Shown: one piece after another, positions 1 to 10,800 of the stretch
Layout of the letters: each line of letters opens with the position of its first letter
Numbering within the stretch: the stretch's first letter is position 1
Virus record (IMG/VR): IMGVR_UViG_3300049845_000291
Coordinates: 1 to 64,000 of that record
Direction: 5' to 3' (one strand)
DNA from: a virus
DNA: 64,000 nucleotides
Made by a program: the position numbers and the translations under genes
Notes under the pieces: generated by a model
What the model saw: only the letters and a program-made list of their open reading frames with translations
What the model was told of the DNA's origin: nothing
Database searches by the model: none

Positions 1-2
1 TC

Positions 3-500
3 GTGGTGGTTGCCGGCAAGAAAAGCAGCGAGGATAAGAAGCGCAACCCACTAACCGCTCAAGAGCGGATCTCGTACATGACAGGATCTGGGCTGGCTGA
101 TGGTATCAAGTTCATGACGGCCACGTCTGCCTTCGACGCGTTCGAGCAGGTGAACGATCAGTACGACATCGGCGCGGTGGCAGCTGGATCTGATCGCGCT
201 GACGCGTACATGAAGATGCTCAAAAGTGAGTTTGGGCTTGAACCCGTACCGATCAAGATCGGGCGCGAGACCTCGAAGGAGGCGATCGACAAGGACGCCC
301 AGATCGCTGACATCCTGAAGTACCTTGACGAGGACCTACCGATCTCGATGGTTTCAGGCTCACTTGCTCGACGAGCCGCCATGTCTGGCGACCTCAGAAA
401 GTTCTCAATCATCACCGGGCTGACGCGTAAGGAAGACCTCGCAAGGAAGCTCATGGACAAGCTACGACGCGCAATGGGAGGCACCAATGAGCCTGAGTAA
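3..500 (+). CDS. Cytidylyltransferase-like (HIGH nucleotidyltransferase) protein, C-terminal part; 5'-truncated by the window edge
   Basis: RNPLTAQERI, AGSDR and VSGSLAR motifs match the phage cytidyltransferase-like family; the ORF is open at the window start. Confidence 0.65.
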   Translation: MVVAGKKSSEDKKRNPLTAQERISYMTGSGLADGIKFMTATSAFDAFEQVNDQYDIGAVAAGSDRADAYMKMLKSEFGLEPVPIKIGRETSKEAIDKDAQIADILKYLDEDLPISMVSGSLARRAAMSGDLRKFSIITGLTRKEDLARKLMDKLRRAMGGTNEPE

Positions 501-1740
501 GTTCTTTGAAAGCTCCCTGCCAAAGGTCACGAGCAACATCCAGACAACTATCTCCAACGCCGTTGGGGATAAGGTTTCTGGCGCCATCAAGAACTTCTCG
601 TTGGCCGATGCCAAGACCATGATCAACGAGAGCTACAACAAGATCAAGGAGAGCTTCAGCCCAAACCCGTTCTCGAAGATCACGGGTGCCGCAGAGACCT
701 TTGCAAAGCAGGGCGCCGATGCGCTCGCTGGTAAGGTTGGCAAGGCTGACTTCAGCCTCGTGGCAGCTGGTGAAAAGGTCAAGCTCGGTGGCGACATCGC
801 CGCCAAGTCGAGCCCGGTGTCAGCTGGTGAAATCAACCAGGCCACCGGTGGAACTGAAACCGTCAGCAACACGTACCACATGGTCAAGCTGACCTCAACG
901 TACGAGCTTGATGAGGTCAAGGAGGTCCCGTTCGTGGTGATGCCAGAGGTCACCGAGGTTCGATCGGTTGAATACGAACCTCTCGCACCGCCACAGCTGC
1001 CTGGTGAATTTCAAAAGTACAAGGGCACTAAGAGCACGCAGTGGACCATCACGGCACAGCTCACAGCTCGCACGCGTGAAGAGGCCGCTCGGAACTTCTC
1101 GTACATGAACGCCCTGCGCGGCTGGACCATGCCGTTCTTCGGTGAGAAACAGCTGAACACGACCAATGGTCGCCTTGGCGCGCCTCCACCTGTGCTGCTG
1201 TTCTCTGGCTGGCGTGGTGTCGTTGGCCAGGTGCCCGTGGTGATCACGAACCTGAGCTGGACCTGGCCAAGAGATGTGGACTGGCTGCCAACTGGGATCT
1301 TTGACGAGCTCAACCGCCAAGAGGTGCCGTTCCCATCGGTCATGACGGTGACGATCAACATCGTTGAGTCCTTCTCTGCCGAGAACTTCAACAACTTCGA
1401 TCTGATCGAGTTCAAGGCCGGCCGAATGATCGGGGCGTTCTCATCGAGCGCACGAGAGCTCATGGGGCCACCACAGATCTCTGAACCAGTTGGGGGCTTG
1501 CAAGGCATCGCGAACGGCGTCCCAGTTCCTGGGGGCTCTGGCGGTCTGAACGCGGTGACCTCGGCAATCAGCAACGCCGAGGCTAAGGCGAACTCGCTCA
1601 GCACGTCAAGCTTTTCGCTTAGCAGCGCGACGGATGTTGCGTCCTTCAAGAGCCAGCTTGGTGAGGCTAAGACGCAGGCCACGAACTCACTCGGATCGCT
1701 GACCAGCGGTGGACTGCCAAGGCTTGGCGGAGGAGGCTAA
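487..1740 (+). CDS. Baseplate/tail-tube initiator-like protein (gp48/gp54-like tube domain)
   Basis: Central domain with GAPPPVLLFSGW...PVVITNLSWTWP resembles contractile tail tube-like domains; first gene of the baseplate cluster. Confidence 0.55.
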   Translation: MSLSKFFESSLPKVTSNIQTTISNAVGDKVSGAIKNFSLADAKTMINESYNKIKESFSPNPFSKITGAAETFAKQGADALAGKVGKADFSLVAAGEKVKLGGDIAAKSSPVSAGEINQATGGTETVSNTYHMVKLTSTYELDEVKEVPFVVMPEVTEVRSVEYEPLAPPQLPGEFQKYKGTKSTQWTITAQLTARTREEAARNFSYMNALRGWTMPFFGEKQLNTTNGRLGAPPPVLLFSGWRGVVGQVPVVITNLSWTWPRDVDWLPTGIFDELNRQEVPFPSVMTVTINIVESFSAENFNNFDLIEFKAGRMIGAFSSSARELMGPPQISEPVGGLQGIANGVPVPGGSGGLNAVTSAISNAEAKANSLSTSSFSLSSATDVASFKSQLGEAKTQATNSLGSLTSGGLPRLGGGG

Positions 1741-2112
1741 ATGGAAAAGAGCTCAGTGCTCGTCAAGAACTCGCGGTACGTTTCAGGCGGCACCAGTGAG
1801 GTGAATGCCCGAGCGATTGAATGGTGGGAACGCACGGTCTTGACACCAGATGCCAGCGACATCATCTACGTCGTAGAACGGCGGTGGGAAGGGCGCATTG
1901 ATTTGATCGCGAACGCGCTGCTCGGAGACAGTCGACTCTGGTGGCTGATTGCACAGTACAACGCGGTGCTGGATCCAGTGAACGAGATTCGAGAAGGTCG
2001 CGTTCTGCGTGTTCCACTGAAAGACCGTGCGCAAGCCTTCTTGAATGGGCGCATTGGAGGCGTCGACAGCCTTCGTGAAGTGCCAACAAACAACATCACC
2101 CCTATCGTATGA
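1741..2112 (+). CDS. Baseplate wedge subunit, gp53-like (LysM-like)
   Basis: GRIDLIANALLGDSRLWWLIAQYN motif; GGAGG RBS upstream. Confidence 0.75.
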   Translation: MEKSSVLVKNSRYVSGGTSEVNARAIEWWERTVLTPDASDIIYVVERRWEGRIDLIANALLGDSRLWWLIAQYNAVLDPVNEIREGRVLRVPLKDRAQAFLNGRIGGVDSLREVPTNNITPIV

Positions 2113-4247
2113 AGCTCAAGAACAGGTTGGACCAGTTCAGGTCGCACTCCGTGCATTACGTGGTCATCGCGGCCAGGTCGACTGAGGATGTGCGTGCTTT
2201 CACTGATGGTTCAGCTGACGCCCAAACCAGAACCCTTCAGGCCATCGAGGCCGCTAAGCAGCTTGGTGATGAGATCGTGCTCCCTGGCAAGTCGAGCTCA
2301 AACGTCGCGTTCTTGATGCTTGACACACGCCGGTTTTCGCAGTTCACGATCGACAACTTCAGCCTGGAGACCGTGATCGATGGTTTCAGGGTCCCAGGCA
2401 GCACGTCGCCGCACGTCACTGGCACGAACATGACGTTCACGGTGACAGACAACGTTGGGATCTCGTTTGCCAATTTCTTGCAGTACTTGATGGACCAGAA
2501 GCTGCAGGTTTCGTACGACGGCATGACCTTGTTGGTGAGGTTGTTGTTCATCGGGCACCTGAGCGACGGCAGCAGTCAAGTGGTTCAGAGTGTCACGGTG
2601 CCAGCGATCTTCAACAAGATCGAGCTTGAGCTCACTGACACCAAGGGCGTGTACAACTGCACGCTTTTCCCGCTGATTGGGATGAGCTCAACGCGAAACA
2701 TGAATGCCCGATGGACCAGCATTGGAAACGCGGTCACGTACTTCACTGGCAAGGGCGCCAACACCCTTGGGGCCATGGTCGCATCATTCGAGAAAAGCCT
2801 GAACAAGGAATCACTGAAGCGGTACGCGCAGTTGAACGCGCAGACACAGCAGCCCGGCAAGGGTGCCAAACAGGGTACTCGATACGGCCGCCCAGTGCAA
2901 TACATGATCACCATCCCAAAGACCTGGGAAACGTATCGATTCTCTGGCCCCGCACAGGGCTCGGCCGTTGAGATCAACTTTGCGGAGCTGCTCAAGGAAG
3001 AAGAGGCCCGCCGGCAGAACCAAGCGAACCAGAGCCAGCAGAAGAACGCGCCAAACGCTTCAGCCCCTGCCAGAGACACTTATCTTTCAGTCGATCCCGA
3101 TTGGACCATCACTGATGTGTTAGACAAGATGTTCGCGCAGACTGGAGAGGTATCAAAGCTTGCGAACTTCTCAACGGTCTCAGCCAACACGCCTTCCATC
3201 AAGTTCTACAAGCAGCTGGTCAGTGTGACCAGCGACAACGAGGCCTTCACGGTGCACGTTGACGTGGTGGAGTTCGAGATTCCGAACGTTGAGCTGGCAA
3301 CGAAAACCACGACGGTGTCGCAGCAAGATGAGTTCATGTACCAGGTTGTGCAGGAACCAGGACGGGCGCCACGCAAGGAGCCTCGGAACTTCATCGAGCT
3401 GGATTACATCTTCTCCGGCAAGAACATGGACGTGCTGTCGCTTGACCTGAAGATCGAGAACCTGAACATCATGCTGATGCAGGGCGTCAAGATCGGATCT
3501 GGTGAGCTTGAAGACGCCACCATCCGTGGGCAAGATCAGCCGAACGGTGAAGGAGTTGGCGCGGACCGTCGCACCGTTCAGGGCATGCGTCAAAAGGATC
3601 CGTTGCTGATGCCTCAGATGACGGCACTGCAACGAAACAACTTCTCAGACATTGGGACGCGTGCAAGGGACGAGTCGAACTTGACACCACAGGAGGTGAA
3701 CCAGCAGTACGTTCGGAACCTGTCGGCGTTCTACAACGCCGGACCTGTGACGGCCAAGCTCGTGCTGCGTGGCAACCCTGACATCATGGCTGGTGTCACG
3801 CTGCAGGACATCCAGCAGCACGTGACCGCGGTTACGGTCACGGCCGCTACAGGTGAGATTAGCAGCACAAACACCTCCGTCAAGGCCAAGTACCGTGCTG
3901 ATCTTGAGAAGAGCTTGCTTGGTCCTGGCATCACTCGCGCAAGCTCTGGCGCCTTCAGGGTCTCAAACCCGCTAAGTGGCCCGAGCCCCATGACCAGCCC
4001 AGTGTTTGTCAAGGTCAATGTGTTCGGCCCGAACGTGAACTTCGTCACGAACGCCCCGATCGCAGGACAGGACTTTGCACAGCAGCTGTTCTACCAGAAC
4101 TTCTACTTCTTGCAGAAGCTGACCAGCAAGATCGAAGGCTCGAAGTTCACGCAGGAACTTGATCTGTTGTCGTACAGCGTGTATGGGTACACAGGTTGGA
4201 CAGCCCAGGGCCCACAAGCCAACGTTCGTCCACAGGAGGCAAAATGA
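2109..4247 (+). CDS. Baseplate hub protein (gp27-like)
   Basis: Lies between the gp53-like and gp5-like genes with ATGA coupling on both sides; C-terminal LRGNP and KIEGSKFTQEL signatures. Confidence 0.55.
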   Translation: MKLKNRLDQFRSHSVHYVVIAARSTEDVRAFTDGSADAQTRTLQAIEAAKQLGDEIVLPGKSSSNVAFLMLDTRRFSQFTIDNFSLETVIDGFRVPGSTSPHVTGTNMTFTVTDNVGISFANFLQYLMDQKLQVSYDGMTLLVRLLFIGHLSDGSSQVVQSVTVPAIFNKIELELTDTKGVYNCTLFPLIGMSSTRNMNARWTSIGNAVTYFTGKGANTLGAMVASFEKSLNKESLKRYAQLNAQTQQPGKGAKQGTRYGRPVQYMITIPKTWETYRFSGPAQGSAVEINFAELLKEEEARRQNQANQSQQKNAPNASAPARDTYLSVDPDWTITDVLDKMFAQTGEVSKLANFSTVSANTPSIKFYKQLVSVTSDNEAFTVHVDVVEFEIPNVELATKTTTVSQQDEFMYQVVQEPGRAPRKEPRNFIELDYIFSGKNMDVLSLDLKIENLNIMLMQGVKIGSGELEDATIRGQDQPNGEGVGADRRTVQGMRQKDPLLMPQMTALQRNNFSDIGTRARDESNLTPQEVNQQYVRNLSAFYNAGPVTAKLVLRGNPDIMAGVTLQDIQQHVTAVTVTAATGEISSTNTSVKAKYRADLEKSLLGPGITRASSGAFRVSNPLSGPSPMTSPVFVKVNVFGPNVNFVTNAPIAGQDFAQQLFYQNFYFLQKLTSKIEGSKFTQELDLLSYSVYGYTGWTAQGPQANVRPQEAK

Positions 4248-5353
4248 GCTTGATGGAAGGCATTGTTGTTGACAACAACGACCCTCAACAAGCTGGTCGC
4301 GTCAAGATCTGGGTACCATCACTTGATGGTGACCTGTACGACATCGAGCTGCTGCAGTGGTCGGTCTGTGTCACGCCATTTGCTGGGCAAACAAGGGACT
4401 ACCCAGCTGGACCAAATGGAGCTAAGACCTCCGGACTCATGTCATACGGTTTTTGGGCGGTGCCAAAGATTGGCTCACTGGTGATCGTTGGATTCTTGCA
4501 CGGCGATCCAAACCGCAGGATGTACCTTGGGTCGTACTTTCGTGATCAAGGCAATCGGTCGCTTGGAACCGGGCGCATGCGCAAGGACCTGGCGCCGACC
4601 CCGTTGTCTGACACCTTTGAGCCAGTTGAACCAGCCAGCACAAACCTCAAGGAACAGTTCAAAGGCAACCTAGAGGCCAGTGAAGCGCAGACACGTGGTG
4701 TGTACGAGCGCATGGTGGCTCAGGACAAAACCGACAAGGATGGCACAGAGGGGTATCAGCAGAGCCTGAGCACACCAACTGATGAACAAGGCAATCCGGT
4801 ACTCGACCCCCAAACGTACCTGTTGTCGACTCCTGGCCGACACACGCTGATCTTCCAGGACAACCCAACAACCGGCCGCATCAGGTTGAAGACCGCGGCC
4901 GGTCATCAGATCATCCTTGACGACGCAAATGAACGCATCTACGTCAGCACGGCCAAGGGCAAGACCTGGCTTGAACTGGATCAAGACGGGCGTGTGCACC
5001 TGTTTGGAACCGACAGCATCAGCATCACAACTGGCGCGGACTTCAACATCACAGCCGTTGGGAACCTGAATTTCGATGTTGGCGGCGACGTGAACATCCA
5101 AGCTGGCGGCGCGATGCGTCTTGCAGGATGCAAGCTTACCAGCTTGTCAGGTGATGGGCTGAACCTTGAATCCGGCGCGAACTTGAATCTTAAGGCCGCA
5201 GCCCAGATCCTACAGACAGGCAGCCAGATTCACCTAAACGGTCCTGGCGCCGCGGCTGCCGAGTGCCCCGTGAAGCCCAGCACCGTTCCTGAACATGAAC
5301 CATGGACTCGTGCCGCCACCAAGGGCAGCCGTGGTCCGAACTGGAAGGCGTAA
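4244..5353 (+). CDS. Baseplate central spike, gp5/VgrG-like (OB-fold + beta-helix), no lysozyme domain
   Basis: VVDNNDPQQAGRVKIWVP and PKIGSLVIVGFLHGDPN OB-fold motifs; beta-helix repeats ending IHLN; GGAGG RBS before ATG 4244. Confidence 0.85.
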   Translation: MSLMEGIVVDNNDPQQAGRVKIWVPSLDGDLYDIELLQWSVCVTPFAGQTRDYPAGPNGAKTSGLMSYGFWAVPKIGSLVIVGFLHGDPNRRMYLGSYFRDQGNRSLGTGRMRKDLAPTPLSDTFEPVEPASTNLKEQFKGNLEASEAQTRGVYERMVAQDKTDKDGTEGYQQSLSTPTDEQGNPVLDPQTYLLSTPGRHTLIFQDNPTTGRIRLKTAAGHQIILDDANERIYVSTAKGKTWLELDQDGRVHLFGTDSISITTGADFNITAVGNLNFDVGGDVNIQAGGAMRLAGCKLTSLSGDGLNLESGANLNLKAAAQILQTGSQIHLNGPGAAAAECPVKPSTVPEHEPWTRAATKGSRGPNWKA

Positions 5354-5355
5354 CC

Positions 5356-5736
5356 ATGGCAACAAGACTTCCAACCTACCGTGGCTTCAGCACCGCGAAC
5401 TTCCTTCGTACTGGATCGTTCTTGAACACGAACGTGGACACGGTCAAGCAGGACCTGCTGAACCACATCTACACCGTGCCAGGAGAACGCGTTCATATGC
5501 CAGACTTCGGCACACGCATTCCACTTCTGGCGTTTGAGCCGATGGACGAGACCACGGTGACGATCATTCGGGAGGACCTGCAGAAGGTCTTCGCGTACGA
5601 TCCACGTGTGCAGCTCATTGACATGGCGATCACCCCTATTCCTGACAACAACTTCATCGCGGTCTTTGTTGACCTGCTGTACGTGGAGTTCAACATCAAG
5701 GAAACACTGAAGCTCGAGTTCGGAGTTGGTTCGTGA
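5356..5736 (+). CDS. Baseplate wedge subunit, gp25-like
   Basis: VKQDLLNHIYTVPGERVHMPDFGTRIPLLAFEP...YDPRV is the GPW/gp25 family signature. Confidence 0.9.
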   Translation: MATRLPTYRGFSTANFLRTGSFLNTNVDTVKQDLLNHIYTVPGERVHMPDFGTRIPLLAFEPMDETTVTIIREDLQKVFAYDPRVQLIDMAITPIPDNNFIAVFVDLLYVEFNIKETLKLEFGVGS

Positions 5737-6155
5737 AGCTGAGAGAACTGCTTATGGAAGAGAAAATCCTCAAGACGCCGGACGGCGAGCTATGGTACGG
5801 CTGGCGCAAGGACCTGGAGGAAGAAGAGGAAGAGGGGTACATCCCTGACGGGTACAGCAAGCGTGTGCTCGAGCTGAGTCTCCTCAAGGTCAAGAAACCT
5901 GGGCAGGGCTTTGGTGATGAGCTCATGAAGGCATTCCTTGACACGCCGGAAGCCAAGAAAGCTGAGCTGATCTTTCTTGACCCAAACCCAGGCATTGGGG
6001 TGAACTTCAAGAGCAAGCAGAGTGAGGAAGAACAGGTCGCTCGGCTGGTCAAGTTCTACCAACGGTACGGTTTTCGTCACAATCCTAGGTCGGCCACAAA
6101 GCGCATGTGGTTGGTCAGAAAGGGTTCAATCCCGGATCACGAGCTCCCAACGTGA
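5733..6155 (+). CDS. GNAT-family acetyltransferase with a putative capsid-targeting leader
   Basis: PGQGFGDELM acetyl-CoA loop and LVKFYQRYGF motif B; N-terminus MKLRELLMEE. Confidence 0.65.
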   Translation: MKLRELLMEEKILKTPDGELWYGWRKDLEEEEEEGYIPDGYSKRVLELSLLKVKKPGQGFGDELMKAFLDTPEAKKAELIFLDPNPGIGVNFKSKQSEEEQVARLVKFYQRYGFRHNPRSATKRMWLVRKGSIPDHELPT

Positions 6156-7831
6156 TCAAGTAAGAAGGCGTAGTGTCCAGCGCCAAAGATCCGAAACCAC
6201 CCGTTCGCTTCCATGTTCTGAACCTCTGTAAGCTCAGGATCGAATTTCTCCAAAAGATTAGGCAACTTGTGTTTTTGGCAGGCAAGGCGATTGACACGCT
6301 TCATCTCTTTTGGGTGCACGTAAAAGTAGTCTACTGGTGTGAGATGTGTTTCAACAAATCCATTGGTGCTGTACACATTACCAATTCCAAGTCGGGCGTC
6401 TGCATATGTGATGATAGAGCCAACTGGCCTTCTCTTGAGAAGCTTGCTGAAGGCGCCCACAACGGCCATATCTCGCCGTGAGCAGAACCTGATAAGTTCC
6501 CAATCAGCGTGTTTAGAAAATCGCGGGCGCCCAAAGGTCATCAGTGCCAGTAATTTGTCTCCGTCATACAGACCGATTCGGATTGAAGCGCGGTCCGGGC
6601 CTTGGAGATGGTTCGCCAACAGAAATGATGATGCCTCTTTAGGAGGCACGTCCCCGACAGTAAGTTTTCTGGCGTAAACGCGTTGGCACAGTCCAAGATT
6701 TGATCTAATGATACTATGCACCAGTTCATGGTTCTGCACGTACTCATCCTCAAAAATCTGGATGAGCTTTATCCCAGCCTCCCGAGCCGCTAGATGCTTC
6801 TTTTGGTGGTACTGATTGTCTCCCAATCTCTTGGTGCTGTGCCAATAGATTCCATGGAACTCTACTGCCAGCCGGTGTTCTGGGAAATAGAAGTCTAGCT
6901 CATACCCCTGCAGCACTTTTCTGTTCCGCGTTTCGTACTTCACGCCAAGACCGTCAAGAAACGCTGAGATTTGAAGCTCAGGCCGAGACTGGCGGGCAGG
7001 TCTGCATTTCCTACAACCAAGCCAAATGCTAGATAGGGTTGTCGAGAAAACCCTATCATGCTCCACACAGCGCCACTTTAGAACGTCAGCCTTTTGCGCA
7101 TCAAGTGCCGCATCACAGGCTTCAAATCCTGATTGCTTGGCCCTCTTCAGCAGGAGCTTTCTGGTGGTGATCGCTCTTCGTTGCTGAACTCCTGGAATCT
7201 TTGATGGGTGATCAACCCCATATTTTGTTAGCAGATGCTTTTGCCGAACTTTGGAGCTCAACGGGTGTTCCCCAAACCTCTCCAAGACAGTATTCCTGAC
7301 TTTCGTTTTGACAGCTTCAACTTGGCTTACGTTAACAACACCGTACCGAGAAGCCACAGTGTTTTTGACACGGTCTTTGATCTCGCTAGATTTTCCCTTG
7401 CACCTCAGAGAGCACCAGCCGGCCTTATAGCCGATAGCGAACGACAAAAAGGTTTTCAGGGCGGCACCGCACTCTTTGCACCTCTCAGGATAATCATACA
7501 GGTCGTGGTAGTACCAGTACAGCAGTTCATCGTTTGGAAGTGCTGGCCTGCTCTCCTGCATCACCTGAAGCCACTTCGGGCTCATGAACGTCCAGCTCGT
7601 GATCTGATCGTCTCGCACAAGCAGCGCCATGATCTGCTCTTTCGAAGGCGATTCGAAAAACAGCCTGTCACTCTTACGGTACTGACCTCTAGATGAGGTT
7701 AAAACACCTAGGGCTCTGAGCTTGCGGATGGTGTTCAACTTCAGCCCAGACAAGCTCACGAGTTCTGACAGCCCACCCTCCAGTGGATCATCTTGCTGAC
7801 TAAATACCTGAACTTCAGGTCTCGGGTTCAT
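6137..7831 (-). mobile_element. Free-standing homing endonuclease (Hef/Vsr-DUF559-like PD-(D/E)XK), antisense to the structural operon; start codon uncertain
   Basis: ELDFYFPEHRLAVEFHGIYWHS...IQIFEDE nuclease motif; CxxC zinc ribbons; YGVxx repeats; C-terminal YARK...NHLQG...ELIRFC...TYADAR domain; visibly more AT-rich than its flanks. Confidence 0.8.
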
Positions 7832-10800
7832 ATGGCTTTCCGGAACACAAACAGCGCAGAATCGTGGGATAAGATCTACGAGGCATTCACTCAAGTGAAC
7901 TTTACCTCGTTTGACTTTGACACGATCAAGGCTTCGCTGGTCGATTACCTACGTATTTACTACTCTGAGATATTTAACGATCTCATCCAATCATCAGAGT
8001 TGATTGCGTTGCTTGAGATGTTCGCGTACGTCGCCGAGCAGCTCGCGTACCGCGTGGACATGGTGTCGCATGAGAACTTCATCACGACCGCTCAGCGCAA
8101 GCAGAGCATCCTGCGGCTGGCGAAGCTGATCTCGTACAAGGCCACGCGGAACATCCCAGTTCGCGGGCTGGTAAAGATCACAAGTATCAGCACGACTGAG
8201 CAGATCATTGACAGCCGCGGTGTTGACATCTCTGGGCTTGTCATCAACTGGAATGATCCAAACAACCCGAACTGGAAAGAGCAGTTCCTGCTGATCATGA
8301 ACCGCGTCCTGAGCACGCAGTTCGGTCAGCCGCAGAAGTCCTTCCAGGTCGGTGACGTGCTGATGGACCTGTACTCCGTGAACGCGGCAGAGGGTTCGTT
8401 CACGAACGGGGTGTTCCCATACACGGCCACCACCGGTCTCGATAGCTTCCCAATGGAGATCGTGCCGGCTGACATCGACGAGAACGGCCCGTTCGAGCGT
8501 GAGCCTGATCTGTCAGCGGCCATGTCGATCGTGTACTCCAACGACGGCATTGGTGATGGCTCAGACTACACTGGGTTCTTGGCGTACACCAAGCAAGGCA
8601 CCCTAGCCCGTATCGACTACAACATCAGCGAACGGCTGCCGAACCGCCGACTGGAGTTCCTGCCAGACAACGTGAATCACACCGACGTTTGGGTGCAGAA
8701 GCTTGCAGGTGACGGCACAATCAGTGAGCGTTGGAAGCAAGTTGAGACCATCAGCGAGCAGAATCTGATCTTCAACGAGGACCGCAGCACGCGAAAGAAG
8801 TACGAGGTCGACACCCTTGAGAACGACCAGATCGCGGTGGTGTTCGGGGATGGTGACTTCGCTGAGGCCCCAGTCGGCCTGTACCGGTTCTGGATGCGGC
8901 AGTCCGCGAACCAGGCGATCGTGATCGCCAAGAACAAGGTCGTGAACGCACCGCTGACGTTCACGTACATCTCGAGCACCGGCAACACCGAGACGTGCTC
9001 GATGACCTTCAGCCTGACGACCACGCTGCAGAACGGCGCGGCGTCCGAGACCATTGAGCACGTTCGACAGGCAGCCCCTGCCACGTACTACGCCCAGAAC
9101 CGCATGGTGAACGGGCAGGACTACAACACGTACATGCTCAAGGATCCTTCGATCCTTCGGTTGAAGACCGTGAACCGCACCTTTGCAGGGCAGCCAAAGT
9201 ACATTGACTGGAATGACGCGTCAGGGTCATACGAGAACGTCAAGCTCTTCGGTGATGACCTGGCGATGCGGTACGACCTGTCACTGAACTCACTGAGCAC
9301 CTCGCTGTCTGGTCAGGCACTGATCGACCGCGTGATTGAGCCGCTGCTCTCAGACAGCGGTGTGGTCACAGCCATGGTGCACGTGTCGGCAACGCACCCA
9401 CCAACCAAGGACGTGGTGTCGTCTCCTCGTCGCACGTTCATTGAGGACAACCGAGCGAACCTGTTCAACAGCACGAACGGCACCGCGGTCTCACTGATCT
9501 CTGGCTCGACACCAGATGGCTCGCTCAAGGAAAAGACTGCCATGCAGGCGCTCATCGACCGGCACTGGTACGGTGAGCCCATCGAGTTCGTGGAAGCTCC
9601 AGGCAACCAGGTCTGGGCGCGCATTCCAGACCCAAGCCTGTTCCCGAAGGATGACTCGCGGATCTACGCGGCAAACGTACCTCGCACGATCGACGGCGTG
9701 AACCGCTTCCCACCAGGCGACATTGGTTCGGGACTGCAGCCCATCGCCGAGCAGGATTACTTCGCGCTGCGGTACAACCGCACGATGGCCGGCATCGGGA
9801 ACGGCTCGATCACGTTCAGCTTGCCGTCAGCATATAAGCGCGCTGGCGAGGTCTGGACCATTGAGGTCGCCGCGAACGGCACAACGCTGTACGTGCGCTC
9901 AAACCTACGTGGCACGTTCCCGAGTGGCACGGTTGGGGAGCCATACGAGATCACACCGCCAGATCAGGTGTCGCCGGCGCCGTTCTTCACGGTGACGCAG
10001 GGCAGCACGCCGTTCGAGCCAGGTGACGCGTTCATCATCCAGACAGGTGTGGCTCCGGGGTTGACGCTGACGCAGCGCACGAACGCATCAGGCTCTGGTT
10101 GGACGTACTTCAACAGCGCCGGTGTCATCAACCTGAACGGCTGGTGGCAGATTCTTGGCACCCCTGAGCTTGGTGCCGAGTACGCCAACGGACCAGTCAG
10201 CACCGCGCCGTACTACCACGACCAAGCGTTCGCCATGAACGGCCCGCTCAAGAACTCGTGGCTGATCTTGGTTCGCAAGATCAAGCCGGCGGGGGTGGTC
10301 ATTGGGTACGAGGTCTACTACCGCGACCTGAAGCTGACGGTGGAGTCACCAACTACCAAGTTTTGGTTCAACGAGGTTGATCAGATCCTTGACAACGAGA
10401 CCAAGAAAAGGGTGTACGACAACATCAAGATCCTGCGCTCGAACAACGACTACACAGGTGTGCAGCTCAAGAGCACGCAGCTCTATGATGTGGTCGGCCC
10501 AATCAAGAACGAGCTCGGGGAGATTGACTTCAACCAGCTGCAGGTGGTGCCAACTGACCTGCTGCAGGAGGACGAGAGCGGCAACCTTGAACCAGATCGT
10601 CTGCTGCAGTTCGTGACGTTTGCCGGGTTTGATGAGCTTGACAGCTTCGAGTACTTCCGTCTTGACAACCCAAGTGCTGCCCTGACACCTGGTGAGCTCT
10701 CGGCAGCGGTAGCGGCCTTTGGAACACTGAACGATGACAGCGCCTTTGCCGTCCAGGCTGGCGGCATCTGGTACGGCCGCAAGCAGGTTGCCAAAAACCA

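Noticed and set aside
487-5736. Bacterial T6SS/eCIS locus (VgrG, gp25, PAAR)
   Set aside because: The context has phage replication genes, T4-type late promoters and no host genes
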